64,000 nucleotides of DNA. Origin: Chara braunii (Eukaryota > Plantae > Charophyceae). Shown here piece after piece: positions 12,346 to 22,452 of the stretch. The position numbers and the translations under genes are program-made. Under the pieces are notes generated by a model that made no database searches, was not told where the DNA came from, and saw only the letters and a list, made by a program, of their open reading frames with translations. The stretch spans positions 1,969,971 to 2,033,970 of the forward strand of contig BFEA01000003.1 in assembly GCA_003427395.1 (NCBI GenBank), read 5' to 3'. Each line of letters opens with the position of its first letter. Position 1 is the stretch's first letter.

Positions 12346-12608
12346 GTTTGCTGGCTTGTGATGGGGTGTGAACCGACAGTCTGTAGAGTTTTCCATCTGG
12401 TGTGGGTGAGTGATAATCTACTTTGATTTGGTTAAGGTAGATTATCATTTACAGTGTAATCAGTGAGGGGATTCTGCAGACTATTGAGGGTTCAGCCTCC
12501 TGATGAGTCGGTGAAACTCCAACGAAACAGTTTGTCACAGCCCCTCGTTTGTTGTCCTCTTCTCTCTCTCTGCCTACGGTTTACCGGGCAATTCTGTTTG
12601 TGACGATA
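12346..12608 (+). mobile_element. Longest copy of the hammerhead-bearing short repeat (retrozyme- or Penelope pLTR-like)
   Basis: Bounded by (TA)n on both sides. Contains a long G:U-rich hairpin, the hammerhead core and the common 3' tail ending TGACGATA. Confidence 0.8.
12477..12534 (+). ncRNA. Type III hammerhead ribozyme motif
   Basis: Stem III CAGACTAT-T / ACAGTTTG; stem I GAGG-(GTTCAG)-CCTC; core CTGATGA; stem II GTCGG-(TGAAACT)-CCAAC (CCGAC in the copies at 4826 and 14231); GAAA. Predicted cleavage after 12485. Confidence 0.85.
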
Positions 12609-12631
12609 TATATATATATATAATATATATA

Positions 12632-13393
12632 TAGGGTTACCTGACCGAACGTTTGGGGGCCCCCGAGCTGGCCCCCGAACGTTCGGGCGTTCGGGGTCCC
12701 GTTCGGGGGCCAAACACCTCCAGGTTCGGCCCCCGCCAAAAAACATTTCGGGGCGTAAAAATATTTTTTTTTTCTGAATTGTTTTTTGTCAGTTCTCTAT
12801 GATGCAACCTACACGCCTATAAATTTTGAAGCCATTCTGATAAGCCAAAAAAACATTAAAAATCGTCAAAGATGGGGGTGTCAAAACGTGCTCGCCCACT
12901 CACTATTTTGTTTTTTTTCACTTTTAACTTCTTGTTTTCACTTTATTTCGGGGCCTAAAGATTTTTATTATTTTTTGAAAACTTTTTAATGAGTTATTGA
13001 TTATGTAAACTACATATCTGTAAATTTTCAGGGCACTTGTCAATGCCAAAAAATAATTAAAAATCGGCAAATATGGCGGTGTCGAAAAGGTGCTGGCACA
13101 CTCACTCATTTTAATTCTCTTTTTATTTTTTTTACTTTTATCATAATGTTTATTTTTTGTATTTGATTTTTAATTCAAATTTGGTAAAGAATTTGGATGT
13201 AGTTCCCAGGCAAATGTTGTTTAGTTTATTTTTCTTCATAACATTGTTTTTTTTGGAATTTTTTGAAAACTTGTTGTTGTTGTTTTTTTCGGTTTGCGTT
13301 CGGCCTGAACGGCCGAACGCCTTCCGAAGGAATCCCGTACGTTCGAGCGTTCGGGTTCGGGCGTTCGGCCCGTCCCGACCGCAGGTAACCCTG
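12632..13393. mobile_element. hAT-like MITE (YAGGGTTRCC family) inserted in (TA)n; partial second copy at ~13420-13995
   Basis: TIRs TAGGGTTACC / GGTAACCCTG and subterminal CCGAAC/GTTCGG repeats; homologous to 31796-32560 and 35372-36022. Confidence 0.85.
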
Positions 13394-14171
13394 TATATAT
13401 ATATATATATATTCAAAATCAGGGTTCGAACATTCGGGGTCCCATTCAGGGTTAACCCTACCAAAACTTATATTGGGTCCGAAATATTATTCTTGTTCTT
13501 TTATTTTTTTTTTCCCGAGTTCTTTATAATGTGAGGTACATGCCTATTAATTTTGAAGACATTTTTCTAAGCCAAAAACAAATGAAAAATCGTCAAAGAT
13601 GGCGGTGTCAAAACGTGCTCGCCCACTCACTATTTTGTTTTTTGTCCTCTTTTCACTTTTTGTTTTCACTTTATTTCGGAGCTTAAACAATTTTATTTAT
13701 TATTTTTTGAATTTTTTTTTATGAGTGGCGTATCATGTGAAATACACCTCTATAAATTTTCAAGGCATTTACCTAAGCTAAGAAAAAATGAAAAATTGGC
13801 AAAGATGGCGATGTCAAAAATGTGCTCGCCCACCCATTAATTTTAATTTTCTTTTCATTTTTTTTTTTATTTATTATTTTATTGTTTTTTATTTATTTAT
13901 TTAGTTAAAATTTTGTAAAGAATTTAGACGTGATGCTAAGGCACATGTTATTCAGTTTATTTTTTTTGCATAACATTTTTTTTTTCATATTTTTTATGAG
14001 CTACCAGTCGGGCCGCCCGGGTCACCTTGTTTTCCCGAGCGGTCCGGTCGTGCAAGGATCAGGGAAGGTCCCGACAAAAAAAAAAAAAAAACACTATGTT
14101 ATTCAAAAAGATAAATTGAACAACTATTGCCCCAAGGTCACGTTGACATTCGTTACCGAATTTGAAATTAA

Positions 14172-14211
<40 letters not shown>

Positions 14212-14230
14212 ATTTGACGATATATATATA

Positions 14231-14415
14231 GATGAGTCGGTGAAACTCCGACGAAACAGTTTGTCACAGCCCCTCGTTTGTTGTCCACTTCTCCCTCTCT
14301 GCCTACGGTTTACCGGGCAGTTCTATTTGACGATATATATNNNNNNNNNNNNNNNNNNNNGGTTTACCGGGCAGTTCTATTTGACGATATATATATATAT
14401 ATATTCTGTTTGTGA

Positions 14416-14420
<5 letters not shown>
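14231..14420 (+). mobile_element. Further truncated copies of the hammerhead-bearing repeat in (TA)n
   Basis: GATGAGTCGGTGAAACTCCGACGAAACAGTTTGTCACAGCCCC...TTTGACGATATA, plus shorter 3' stubs at 14361 and ~14404. Confidence 0.88.
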
Positions 14421-14461
<41 letters not shown>

Positions 14462-15032
14462 TCATATATATATATATATATATATATATTTTGTCCGGTT
14501 GGGCAGGTGGCCCCGGGCCATTCTGGTAGCCTAGTGTATTTTTTATATTTTATTTTTATTTTTATTTTCGTCCACCTTCGGCCCAAACTGCCGAACATGT
14601 CTACAGGGGGGCCCGAACGTTCGGCCGTTCGGGTTCAGCCGAACTCCGGCTACCATGTTCAAAATATTATTTAGTTTAATATCACACTGTCTTTTTTCTC
14701 TTATATTTTATCCTCACAAGCAGACAGGGATGTGGACCCAGAGTTCGCTGCCTACTGCCACTAACTTTAACCAACCATCATGTTATATATTTGTCCGAGC
14801 GACTTAGATCGTGAGGATATATTTTTGAGAAAATGAGTTATCTCATCATCTGCATCCTTTCAAGGTATAGATTAACAAACTTTTTTTTTATACACACGTT
14901 AACCAGGGGTGTAATTTCCGGCGAATCTTTGCACCGAATTGCACCGAAACTGTCACATTGTGCTGATTTTTAGCCCCCTGTTAACCGTCTCTCCTTATCT
15001 CTAATTAATATTTTCCTTATCAGCATAGTGAG

Positions 15033-18000
15033 ATGTAAGTCTCAGAAGGACACATCTGGTTGTATCCATATCAACGGTTCGTTATCCGAAAGATATCCAA
15101 TCTCTCGCTCAGAACGACAGGGTGATCCTCTGGTTCCACCTATCTTTTTATTTGTGATGGAAGTCATTGCCTCCTTTTTGCATAAAAACCCATCAATTCA
15201 ACATCTACCGGACCTTGACACGGGCACACCGCACCATATTCAACTCCCAACAGTAATAATGTTCGCTAATAACCTTACTATCCTAATAAGGGTTTCGGAT
15301 TCGTCAATCAAAGCATTAGTAAGAGCGGTGGAAGCATTTAGGCTAGCCTCATAAATGAAGATCAACTGGAAAAAAAAACATAAGATGGTGGCTCACAGAA
15401 GAGGAGAAACCCCTGCTGGAGGCACCGGAAGCGGACATGACAACAACCCGAGGAACCACCTAGGTAGTTGGGTATCATGGTTTCCAAGGAAGGTCCAGCC
15501 CCGCAAATGACGAAAAACATGTTAACCAAGCAAGTCAACAAGATTGGGCAATGGGGGGACCAGAGCCCTGACGTTGAACACCTCCGAGTCCATTTTTTCG
15601 ATAAAGTGGTACATCGCCTTCATCTGGACGATACCCGAGCACACGATCAAAGAACTTAACAGCAAAGCACGAGCATATCTATGGTCATTGGACCCTAACA
15701 AAACCAGATGCATCCCCAAAGTAGCATGACATTTCATAACGAGGAAACCCTCCAAAAGTGAGCTATGTATAATTGAGAGGCGGTCAACAGAGACCCAAAA
15801 TTTCAGCATTTATTTAATGTTATTTATAAGAAAACCATAAGCCTTTTTTAACCAAAAATTACATCATTCCATAGACTGCAGTGCCACACCATATTAACAA
15901 ACCATTAAAAAAAAGAATAAAAATAAATAAAAACAGGGTGAAACAGTAAGGCAAAAGTGCACTTGAATGACATTTTGGATTCAGCGAATTTTTAGAATTT
16001 TCAGCATTTTTTTAAATGGCCATATCAGAGGAAAAAATTCCAATGCTCCAAATGAGACCAAACTCGGTACACAACCACCATGAACTAAGACAAAAACAGG
16101 CAAAAAAAAACCATAAACTTTCACCTCCAAACCCTAATTTCAGTTTTGGACCTGTTGCAAAGGCGCTGAAACTGGGGGGTTCATTAACCACGTGTGGTAT
16201 AATTGACCCTAACCAGAAAACAAAAGCCCTGCAGATGAAATGGATAATTAAACTGCTAACTCAACAAAGGTTGGTCTGACACAAGTTTGCACTTGATAGT
16301 GTAAAAGGCATAGCCTAGTCCAGTCACCGATGAATATGTCCGAACTATTATGGGTTATGAACAAGGATTGGTCATCCAAGATAGGAAGGAGAAGGCGGAT
16401 GCCGAACTCACAAGAAAATGGAGTCACCTCCCCAAACCCCTACTGGTCACCCCTTATCCAGATCTGGAGAAGCATCATGCCGGAAAAAGTAAGAAAACCA
16501 AAGTCTAAAGAAGAGGCTTTACGACCACCCCTTTTCGAAAACCAAGCATAAGAGACGCAGGAGACTTACCCCTGTCGCTATCTAACGGACAGCGATGGCT
16601 TTCATGGGTAAAACATGGAATCTGGAGGGTGACACACATATGGAACGAAGAGAGGAAATCATACTGGATAGATGAAGATCAATTAAGGCAACGCCTGAAA
16701 GGATGACACAACAGAGACGAAAATATGACAATTGTGGTTAGCAGCATCCCAGACGGTTGGAAAGATATTATAAAAGAAGAATTCACATGGAAAGCGGAGG
16801 GATAGGAAGTCTTAATTCAGGAAGCTATATCAAAGAAAACTTATCAATTTTCTCGCAGATCCTCGGGTATAGACCTATTGGCAGTTTTCACCTCCTTCCC
16901 TACAAGACTGCTCAAATCCAAAAACTTTCACCATCAATGATGTTGACCCACAAGAAGCAACCCTCAATTCATACACACGTTGAAAAGTGAGAGGTTTGGG
17001 GACGGAGCCAAAAACGATATTCCAAGCCGAAACACCAATCCATAACCTATATTTTGACCCAGAAGAATGGGTTTGGCTCTCGAGTAGCAACAGACTTTGT
17101 AAAACACTCATCTTGACAACACAATACTCAGTCAAAATGGGATATAGAATGCTACTAAAAATGAAGGACCCGGAGTCGGTTATCAAGGAAAGATAGACCA
17201 AATTGCTAAGTCAGAGAATGAAATCAATCCTCAAATTTCCCTCGAGGAAATACAAATCAATTCGCCCAGTCAAAATCAGAAGTCTTCAATGGTTTATCAC
17301 CTACAATGCCCTCCCAGTGAACACATGGTTACACGTCCGCAGGCGAAACAGTGACCCTAACAGTTCAGAAAAATGGTTCATGTGCTCAGATAATGAACAA
17401 GAGGACCTGCTACATTGTCCGGTAACTTGCAGCTTTGCAAGTGATATATGCGCGAGAGCCGCAACACTCTGGGATCACCTATTTCCTTCTCCGCTACCTG
17501 AACACCCCATCCAGCTACTCCTATGGACTAACATCCCCTCCCAATTCAACAAGTTCTGAGCACATCTGGTTCAGGATAATCAGTATGGGTCATATGGAAG
17601 GAGAAGTGCAGTCGGACCATTGACAACTCCAACATGTCGTCAGAACAAGTATGGGCATCAATGAAACTCGCAATGGAGACTAATATCCAGTGTCAATGGA
17701 AGAAGGTCAAGCTTCAAATTCAGCACAACCCGGACAAACAACAGGAAACAATAGCTAAGTTTAGGAGTGTGTGGCTGGTTCGGGGAAAGATAGCAGACAT
17801 TCTAGCCCTACAAATTAGATGGAAAGACTGACGCAATTCAGCTACCTCATAAGGAAATTAAAATGAGGGGCTCCTTTCAAAAGCGATCTCGGGGATACAT
17901 GAGACCCCTGGGAACCACTTAGCAACCGGTTGCCTGCTGTCTGGAGAAACACTAAGTGGGTTGCAAAATGTACCAATGATGGGCTCCAGAGGCATAAGAG

Positions 18001-18292
18001 GTGGACCAGGATCCAATCAGCAACTTATTTCCCTTTTCCTTGCCTTATTTGTAGTATCTGACAGATTTCAATATGGAATTTGAGAGGGAACTAAGGGACA
18101 GGCAAGCTGACAGTCAACCCTCCTTCAAGGAGCAATCAATGTTGGTCAAGGGTCTTTCTCCCATACGGAAGGAAGCGTGAGCGTATTCATTCTTAACTTA
18201 TCGGGGGAATAGGAATTGGACTTATGCTCCCAATAATGGAAAAGGAGCCAGGACCATACGGGCTTGTAAAAAAAAAAAAAAAAAAAAAAAAA
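15033..18292 (+). mobile_element. 5'-truncated, decayed L1/Tx1-like non-LTR retrotransposon (ORF2 RT + zf-RVT)
   Basis: ISRSERQGDPLVPPIFLFVME (cf. RGLRQGDPLSPxLF), MFANN (cf. YADD), GIIDPNQKTKALQMKW, KIRSLQWFITYNALPV...C..EDLLHCPVTCSFA. Poly(A) at 18268-18292; possible short TSD AGTGAG. Confidence 0.9.
15777..16196. mobile_element. Mutator-like non-autonomous insertion nested in the LINE
   Basis: Flanked by direct repeat GTATAATTGA (15767-15776, 16197-16206); removing it rejoins the LINE sequence; weak TIRs. Confidence 0.7.
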
Positions 18293-18631
18293 GTGAGTTT
18301 CAGAGCAGCCTCCCCATTGTATTTAAGTATTTCTTGCATCCATATTCAGAATGCTCAAGGGAAGTGACTCTCACAATAGCCTACCCACTGTTCGATGATT
18401 AACTCTTTGAGTCATAGTGGGATGTGATTTTCAGAGTAGTCTGTCACTCAGCGTGACCGTTTTCTAAATTTGAGAGTTTTTTGCTCACCACCAACAATTA
18501 TGCTTAAGATCAATTAACCTTCAGAAGAAGTTTCCACATATATTTTATTCCATGAGACTCCGACTCAACTTTTCAGCATCAGTACGATCTGCCCACATTT
18601 TCCCCTAGTAAGTTTAGTAGTTGAATGTAAG

Positions 18632-19497
18632 AGTTTGTGACATCTTAATATTTTATGGTTAGCGATATAGTTCGTCGATTGAGTCCACGTGAACGGTAAG
18701 TCAGTTGGGAGATCAGTGCCCTGATGTCGACGCTCACACAGTTCAGTCTTAGGCATTCTACCACACGTATCCCCTATGCTACAACGAGACGAGAAAACGT
18801 TATCGGTTGATTCACCTCCTCAATCACAAGTAGTACCTTTTTAATTCGGATATAGATCGATAGCTCATCAAGGATACGTCTACCTAAAGGTGGTGACAAC
18901 CCCTCACCTCGCAGAGCCCTGTCCTGTCACAAGAAGTCGTGAGAGGTATAGATAGCTCGCACAGTTGGAGTGGCATCACTGTCTGCCACCCTTTTGATGT
19001 AGCACTCCTGCGTGACACATCCGTAAGGGTCCCTAACTCGTTGGAGCATCCGAGATTGACGCGTCGTCAAGCGCACGGTCTCCACAAGCGAGGGGACCTT
19101 CACGGCCGCGTCACGCAGGATTTGGTAGGACTTTTAGTTGTAGAGCGTTGCCGCTCCGGCCGAGTGCGCCAGCCATACCTCTCGCGAACCCCTACGACAG
19201 GATAGGGAGGCGCGAGGTATAACTTACCTCCACCTGCAGAAGTTGTCACCATCCCTTAGGTGAGAGTATCTCCGGCGAGCTGCCAGTCCACAGTACAAAA
19301 GTTTTTACATGCAATCGCATAGGTGAACTAGTCGATGGCGTTTTCTCGTACATTGTAGCATAGAGGATACGTGTAGTTCCACGCCTCTATCGAACTCGTA
19401 TGCAAGCTAGCGAACTAGGGGCTGAAGTCCCAAGCGCGACTCATCGTCGGTCGACTAGGACGTATCCTTCTTACCACGAGTTACACCACGTCAAAAC
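18632..19497. other. ~860-nt imperfect rod-like foldback
   Basis: Apex TTGACGCGTCGTCAA (~19056-19070). Successive complementary blocks include TCCTGCGTGAC/GTCACGCAGGA, GAGAGGTAT/ATACCTCTC, TGGTGACAAC/GTTGTCACCA, CTATGCTACAA/TTGTAGCATAG, ACACGTATCC/GGATACGTGT and TTGGGA/TCCCAA. Confidence 0.85.
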
Positions 19498-21354
19498 AAA
19501 AAGTCAGATTACTCACACAAAACAAATTATCTGACCCATAACCTTTTCAATTTTTCAACGTTGAATCAGTTAGGCGTCGCACACGAGACTTAGTATAAAA
19601 CCGCGAGGACGCAGGGCCTTTTCAAATCGACTAGCAATGCAAGTTTATGCAAGCAGTCGCAATGATAAAATACTATGTAGTACACATACTCACGTGGTCA
19701 TCGATGATCTCGAAGGTCGCGTTCGACACTCAAGTGTCGGCTGACACGCGCCTTGAGGGGTTAATCTCTCTATGCTAGAAAACCATCAAAGCGATTGAGA
19801 ACCACACCCTCTTTTGCACCTTGCGGAGAGTGGGTGGTACATAGATCCTGGCCTGTAGTGGCAGACAACGCTTATGGTCATGGAGACAAACTCCATCATT
19901 CAGGGCCTAGAGAGAAGTCAAGGGGGTTGATTTTGATGGTTGTCACATACTTCAACGTCCAACTATGAAAATTAACAAGCAAAATCACCCAATAAATAAA
20001 TAAATATCCTAATACTCATATATTAAATCAGAACTCGAGATAAGATAAAGAAGGAAAAAGTAAACTCACCAGGTATGCAGATCGAGCGACACATGGTTGT
20101 CGTTCTCATTGTCACCAAGATAAGACTCGTACACAAGCTTCAAAACACTAACCTACATAAAATACAGGCACATACGAAAGTCATATTGTCATACACCAAT
20201 GTGGTAAACTTTACTGTTCCCTGTAACTCCGCATACGCCTCACACACTCAAGCCCCAACCATTGTCAAACTTTTCATAAAAACTCATCAGTTGTTTATAA
20301 TGGACATTGAAATTTTTTTGGTTAAAGCCTTTAGATAAACATATTAAATCCCAAGGCTAAGGTATTTAAGCTGAGGTACAGGTGTAAGCAAAATTGTGTC
20401 GTGAGCCAACGAATCGGCAATCAACCAACCGACATGTTATCAAAAGATAACAAAAAACGATTCTCGTAGGATCGGGCTGAACTAGTCAGATTTTGAATCA
20501 AAACAATCAAGAAGGACTTCTTATACAACAGAGGTCAAATCTCACATACTTAAACTTTAAGTGTATGGAGAATAAATCCTCATATCACGTCTCACTTAAA
20601 ATTTCGTAAGACTATGTTTTAAATCTATGTCTCAAATGGTCCTTCAGAGAATAAGGAAAACTATGGCAGCATTTTTCCTATACAGGGTGGATTGTCATGA
20701 CTTCTTCTACCAGAATATAATCTAACTCTTCAAAACTAAGGAAATTTCGACAGCGTTTCCTGTAGGAAAAGTATCTTTTCATAATTTATATGTGGCTGAA
20801 TATAAAACTCGAAAATGATTATGACTTCACAAAGTTAAATTTTGTTAAAAGTCCCTGATTTAATAAAACTTTGGTAAGCATCTTCCCTAGAAAAGTAGGC
20901 TTCTCAGATTTTAACTAAGCCAGATAGAACTCAGACAAAAATTAGAACTTTGAAAAGTCAAACTTTGACTAACTCATTGGTTTATAGAAATTTCTGCAGC
21001 GCTTCCCGTAGGAAAAGTAACCTTTCAAAATTTATACAACGCCAAGTAAAATAAATGATCCCAGAAAATGTGAGAACTTGAACTAAGTAAAATAAAATTA
21101 ACTCAAAAAATGCAGGAATCGAACTAACTCTTATAGCTCAAACACGTGACGAACACTAACAAACTACCCTACTAAGCAGCAAAAGTAGACAGAGCTTGAA
21201 CAAAAGACAAGGCATTGCTAGCAAGCATGTCATGTCAACAACTCGTTCAGCCATTTCAAAAACAAAGGTTCGTCTATCCAAAATTTTCATCTTTTGTTTG
21301 TCCTTATTTACAAATATATGAATTTTGTATCTTATTTAGTTAATTTTTAACTTT

Positions 21355-21673
21355 CAACAGCCATTTCGTCACAACGAACATATTATATTTTTTGAACGAA
21401 ATCTTTACCAAAATCCGGTCGGAATTTTTTGCTCTTGGGGGTCCGGCGTTCCCAAAACGTCGGACCCTCTACATGTATCTGGTCCATGGTTGAGACCAGA
21501 TACTTTTTTTTTTTTTTTTGTCTCAACAATAGACCAGATACATGTAGGGGGTCCGGCGTTTTGGGAACGCCGGACCCCCAGGAGCAAAAATTTCCGACCG
21601 GATTTTGGCAAAAAAAGTCAGTTTTGATTTCGTTCAAAAAATATAATATGACCGTTTTGACGAAATGGTTGTT
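21355..21673. mobile_element. Foldback/palindromic MITE; same terminal family as 59483-59988
   Basis: Near-perfect ~150-bp arms (CCAAAATCCGGTCGGAA...GTTGAGAC / GTCTCAAC...CCGACCGGATTTTGG); termini AACAGCCATTTCGTCA / TGACGAAATGGTTGTT. Confidence 0.85.
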
Positions 21674-21734
21674 TTTCCAAGTTGTTTTCAGCCAAACCTC
21701 ATGCAATCTGGCTGACTTAGAAAGGCAACCGAAT

Positions 21735-22300
21735 CAGTAAGAAGGACCTCATCTTCAGCCTCAGTTCAATGTCTTAGGCAAACGAGCAAGGCGACCGGAT
21801 CGGGTCAGGAGGACCTCATCTCCAGCCCTAGTTCAATGTTTTAGGCAAACGAGCAAGGTGATCGGATCAGATAGAAAGACCTCATCTCCATCCCCAGTTA
21901 AATGTCGTAGGCAAACGAGCAAGGTGACCGGATCAGTTAGGAGAACTTCATTTTCAGCCCCAGTTCAATGTTATAGGCAAACGAGCAAAACGACCGGATC
22001 CGTAAGGAGGACCTCATCTCCAGCCCAGTTCAATGTCTTAGGCAACGACCAAGGCGATCGGATCAGTCAGGAGGACCCCATCTCCAACCCCGATTCAATA
22101 TCTTAGACAAACGAGCAAGGCGACCGGATCAGTCAGGAGGACCTCATCTTCAGCCCCAGTTCAATGTCTTAGGCAAACGAGCAAGGTGACTGGATCAGTC
22201 AGGAGGACCTCATCTCCAGCCCCAATTCAATGTCTTAGGCAAACAAGCAAGGCGACCGGATCAGTCATGAGGATCTCATTTCCAACCTCGGTTCAAATCA
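21735..22300. repeat. ~66-bp tandem array, ~9 copies
   Basis: Unit GGAGGACCTCATCTCCAGCCCAGTTCAATGTCTTAGGCAAACGAGCAAGGCGACCGGATCAGTCA. Confidence 0.92.
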
Positions 22301-22444
22301 TCGCAGGCAGACATCATGGATTCCATTTCAGGCATATGAATTTAAGCAACCATAGTAAATTATTTCTGATTCAGTTGCAATCCTGAATTAAAGTCAAGGA
22401 AATATACAAAAAGTCAAAACTCAGTCAAACTCAATGAAGGGTAG

Positions 22445-22452
22445 TATAAATA
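22445..22452 (+). promoter_or_regulatory. Candidate TATA box downstream of the tandem array
   Basis: TATAAATAGGGG, a context typical of LTR-type promoters; motif only. Confidence 0.4.

Noticed and set aside
18632-19497. Claim that the long rod is G:U-biased to one strand
   Set aside because: Manual tally showed comparable G:U and A:C mismatches, so the rod is kept as a finding without a strand assignment.
20270-20292. Other CTGATGA words (20284 minus, 37692, 52722, 6729) as hammerheads
   Set aside because: No stem II plus GAAA and no stems I/III.
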